In this document: in pieces, positions 61,476 to 64,000 of the stretch
How positions within the stretch are numbered: the stretch's first letter is position 1
How the letters are laid out: each line of letters opens with the position of its first letter
Source: a virus
Taxonomy: Duplodnaviria; Caudoviricetes
DNA length: 64,000 nt
IMG/VR virus record: IMGVR_UViG_2806310985_000007
Span: 1 to 64,000 of that record
Reading direction: 5' to 3' (one strand)
The notes under the pieces: generated by a model
Database searches by the model: none
What the model saw: the letters and a program-made list of their open reading frames with translations, nothing else
What the model was told of the DNA's origin: nothing
Made by a program: the position numbers and the translations under genes

Positions 61476-63789
61476 AGACGAACTGCGGTCCGTAGGGCTT
61501 GACGCGCTCCTTTTTCTCCTTGCGCACCCAGCCGAGTTTCGTGAGCATGGCTGTGAGGTTGTTGGATTCGGCGCGGCCAAGGCTGCCCTGATCCTTCCCG
61601 AAAAGCTCACACCAGATCTCCATATTGCAGACCCGTGTTCTGGCGACCGTACCAGCACGGCCGATATTATTCACCCCGGCGAGGAAGGAGCGGCGGTCGA
61701 ACAGATCCATGCCGTCCCAATCCTCAGGGAGCAGAGTTTCCAGATACTCGCGCACCAGCCCTTCGCGCTCATCGGACTCCAGCGCTTCCCGTTGTTCGCT
61801 CTTGGCGAGTGTTTCCAAATCGGGAGCCAGATGCAGCTTCTCGCCGTTCTCCACAAACACCAGCACCTCCGCCCAGATCTGGCCGATGTCCTCTTGGGTG
61901 AGTTCCCAGGAGTGCTTTGCACCGCCGCCCGGCGTTTTGACCGGCCAGAACCGGCGGTTGCCCGTGGTATCCCGCAGATAGCCGGACTCGGCGTTGGTGG
62001 TGCCAAAGAAGATGCACTGCCTCGGATGTGGCGTTGCCCGTCTGCCGAATGCGGCGCGGTAGATATCGTTCTGTCGGGAGAGGAAGGAGCGCAGCGTCTC
62101 CACCTCGGCTTTGCGAAGTCCCGCCAGTTCACCGATTTCCAGAATCCAATAGCCCTGCAGCTTCTCGGCGGCGGTCTTGTCCTTGGTATCGCTCAGATTC
62201 AAACTGTCAGAGAACCATTCCCCGGCAAGGCGGGAGATGAGGGTAGACTTGCCGATGCCCTGGGGACCGTTTAAGACCAGCATGGTATCGAACTTCACAC
62301 CCGGCTCCTGCACCCGGCGCACGGCGGCGCAGAGGGTCTTTCTGGTCACAGCGCGGACATAGGAATTATCCTCCGCGCCCAGATAGTCGATGAGGAGCGT
62401 GTCCACACGGGGAACGCCGTCCCACTCCGGCAGAGCCGCCAGATATTCACGGATGGGGTGGTAGGAGCGGTCGTCCGCAACTTTGGTTACAGCGATCTGA
62501 TAATTGCGCTGGGAGAATGTGCCGTAGTGGGAATCCACATAGCTGATCAGCTGGGCATCGTCAGCGTCCCTCCAGTATTTGGACGGGTGCTTCCAGGGCA
62601 CCTCGCCCTTGATCTCCATGCCGTCCAGCTGCTGGTTGAATACGATATTCTGGAGCTGCGGGTCATTCTGGAGGATGAGCGTGATGTTGTGGAGGTTGTT
62701 CTTTAGCACCGTGGAGCGGGGTTCATACTGGAAACGCTTCTGCCAGTCGGTATCCTCGCTGCCGGAGAAATCCGTCTCGGCATCCGCCATCCGTTCGCTT
62801 GCCGCAAGCAGCTTTACCTCATCCTGCTGCATGGCGAACTCGCACATCGCCTTATAGGACGCTTTTTCGTCCAGATCGCCAAAGCGGTGGGTGCGGACGA
62901 TGTCAAAGGCGTTGCACAGCTTGAGGTAAGCCGGGTCTTTGGCGTGGTGGCTGTAGACGAACTTGTCCTCCTTGATCTCCACGCCCGCCATGCTGGAGGA
63001 TGCGATCAGGTGCCAGCGGTTCTCATTGTCGGTCGGCTCATAGATATCGGAGAGAAATGCCTCCAGCGCCTTGCTGATGGGATAATAGGTGCGGTTGAAC
63101 AGACCCACCACGCCCTCTTTGGTCAGCGGGTCCTGCACCTTTTGCTGTGCGGTGGTATTCGCCTTGCTTTCCCTGGAAGATGTGGGCAGTCTTGTAGGGT
63201 CGGTCCATTCCGGGTGCTTTGTGAGAATCGCATCGGGGTCGAGCCAGCCGCCGTCTGTCTCCTTATACACAAAGGAACCGTTAGCCGGCGTGGACGGCCA
63301 GTACATCAGCTGATTGGGCTGGTAGGAACATTCGTCGAAATAGTCGATGCCCAGCATCTGAGCCAGATAGCGGGACACCGCCACAAATTCCTCCGGGGTC
63401 ACATCCCTGGTCAGCGGGAATACCAGCCGGACGCGGGGATTCTCCTCTGTGCTGCTGTGAGTGGTGTACAGCGCAGAGGCATAGGGGCAGAGGGACTCAT
63501 AGCTATCCAGAAAAGCGGCGTCGATGCGGTCGCCGTCAAGCGCCACCATCGAGCGGCTTTCCACGGTATCGACCTTGCGTCTGCCGCCCTTCAGCACGCC
63601 CGCCACAAAGCCGCCGTGGTCTTTGGCGGCGTCACGCTGGGCGCGGCTCATCTTCGCATATTCCTCGGCGGACTCGGTGGTGCGGATGGTCACTTTGAGC
63701 CGCTCCTTTAGATTGTCAAATCGTATGGTCTTGTTGACCCATCTCTTTGCCTGCCGGTTGTTGCCGTAGGCGATGTTCAGTTCACGCAT
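61450..63789 (-). CDS. Primase-helicase (virulence-associated protein E-like)
   Basis: GPQGIGKST, EIGEL, GTTN..YLRD.TGNRRFWP; N-terminal YTTHS..PRVR. Confidence 0.9.
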   Translation of the reverse strand: MRELNIAYGNNRQAKRWVNKTIRFDNLKERLKVTIRTTESAEEYAKMSRAQRDAAKDHGGFVAGVLKGGRRKVDTVESRSMVALDGDRIDAAFLDSYESLCPYASALYTTHSSTEENPRVRLVFPLTRDVTPEEFVAVSRYLAQMLGIDYFDECSYQPNQLMYWPSTPANGSFVYKETDGGWLDPDAILTKHPEWTDPTRLPTSSRESKANTTAQQKVQDPLTKEGVVGLFNRTYYPISKALEAFLSDIYEPTDNENRWHLIASSSMAGVEIKEDKFVYSHHAKDPAYLKLCNAFDIVRTHRFGDLDEKASYKAMCEFAMQQDEVKLLAASERMADAETDFSGSEDTDWQKRFQYEPRSTVLKNNLHNITLILQNDPQLQNIVFNQQLDGMEIKGEVPWKHPSKYWRDADDAQLISYVDSHYGTFSQRNYQIAVTKVADDRSYHPIREYLAALPEWDGVPRVDTLLIDYLGAEDNSYVRAVTRKTLCAAVRRVQEPGVKFDTMLVLNGPQGIGKSTLISRLAGEWFSDSLNLSDTKDKTAAEKLQGYWILEIGELAGLRKAEVETLRSFLSRQNDIYRAAFGRRATPHPRQCIFFGTTNAESGYLRDTTGNRRFWPVKTPGGGAKHSWELTQEDIGQIWAEVLVFVENGEKLHLAPDLETLAKSEQREALESDEREGLVREYLETLLPEDWDGMDLFDRRSFLAGVNNIGRAGTVARTRVCNMEIWCELFGKDQGSLGRAESNNLTAMLTKLGWVRKEKKERVKPYGPQFVFVPGDVPD

Positions 63790-64000
63790 AGTCGGTTACC
63801 TCCTCGCACATAGTCGTAAAATATCTCAAACGGTAGTTCTTCCATTTGGCTCTGCGGATCTCCGCTTCCATGCCGGAAGAGATGTATTCTCCGAACACCC
63901 ACACCTCGGAGCATTTACTCATGAGGGCGTTTCCGAAGAACAGTCCCAGCTGGCGCTCCTTTGGATTTTCGTCACGGAGAAACTGTGGAAACAGCAGATG
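63782..64000 (-). CDS. DUF4406-like protein, 3' part (partial)
   Basis: HLLFPQFL.D....ER.LGL...C.EVWVFG..IS.GM..EI..A. Confidence 0.75.
   Translation of the reverse strand, partial: HLLFPQFLRDENPKERQLGLFFGNALMSKCSEVWVFGEYISSGMEAEIRRAKWKNYRLRYFTTMCEEVTDYA

Larger units (their letters stand above)
27097..64000 (-). mobile_element. Prophage B (HK97-like siphovirus, serine-recombinase type), continues past the right edge
   Basis: Complete lysis-tail-head-packaging order plus replication genes; visibly higher GC than its neighbours. Confidence 0.92.

Overview
The window looks like a Firmicutes (Clostridia-like, probably gut) chromosome segment made almost entirely of mobile DNA. (1) 1-~924: 3' end of an IS30-family transposase followed by a NERD-domain gene. 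(2) ~925-~26205: replication/early arm of prophage A, mostly minus strand. It has an iteron-like origin, ThyX-like, HAD, SNF2 and SSB genes, a 1363-aa helicase-primase-PolB fusion, several DUF6353-like paralogs and a tyrosine integrase. It also carries a repeated 25-bp motif that heads small gene cassettes, each closed by a terminator, most with a conserved CTRRCR loop. An IS110 element is inserted at a CT core inside one cassette's Shine-Dalgarno site, and its left end shows readable bridge-RNA target and donor guides. (3) ~26199-27096: internal fragment of a host restriction-modification gene, truncated on the left by prophage A and on the right by prophage B. (4) ~27097-64000: prophage B, an HK97-like siphovirus with two serine recombinases, lysis, a GH18 enzyme, tail, head and terminase genes, an amidoligase/GGCT island, two DNA methyltransferases, a SAM synthetase, HNH, SNF2, VRR-NUC and VirE genes. 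It runs off the right edge. All family assignments come from motif recognition by eye; no database searches were run.
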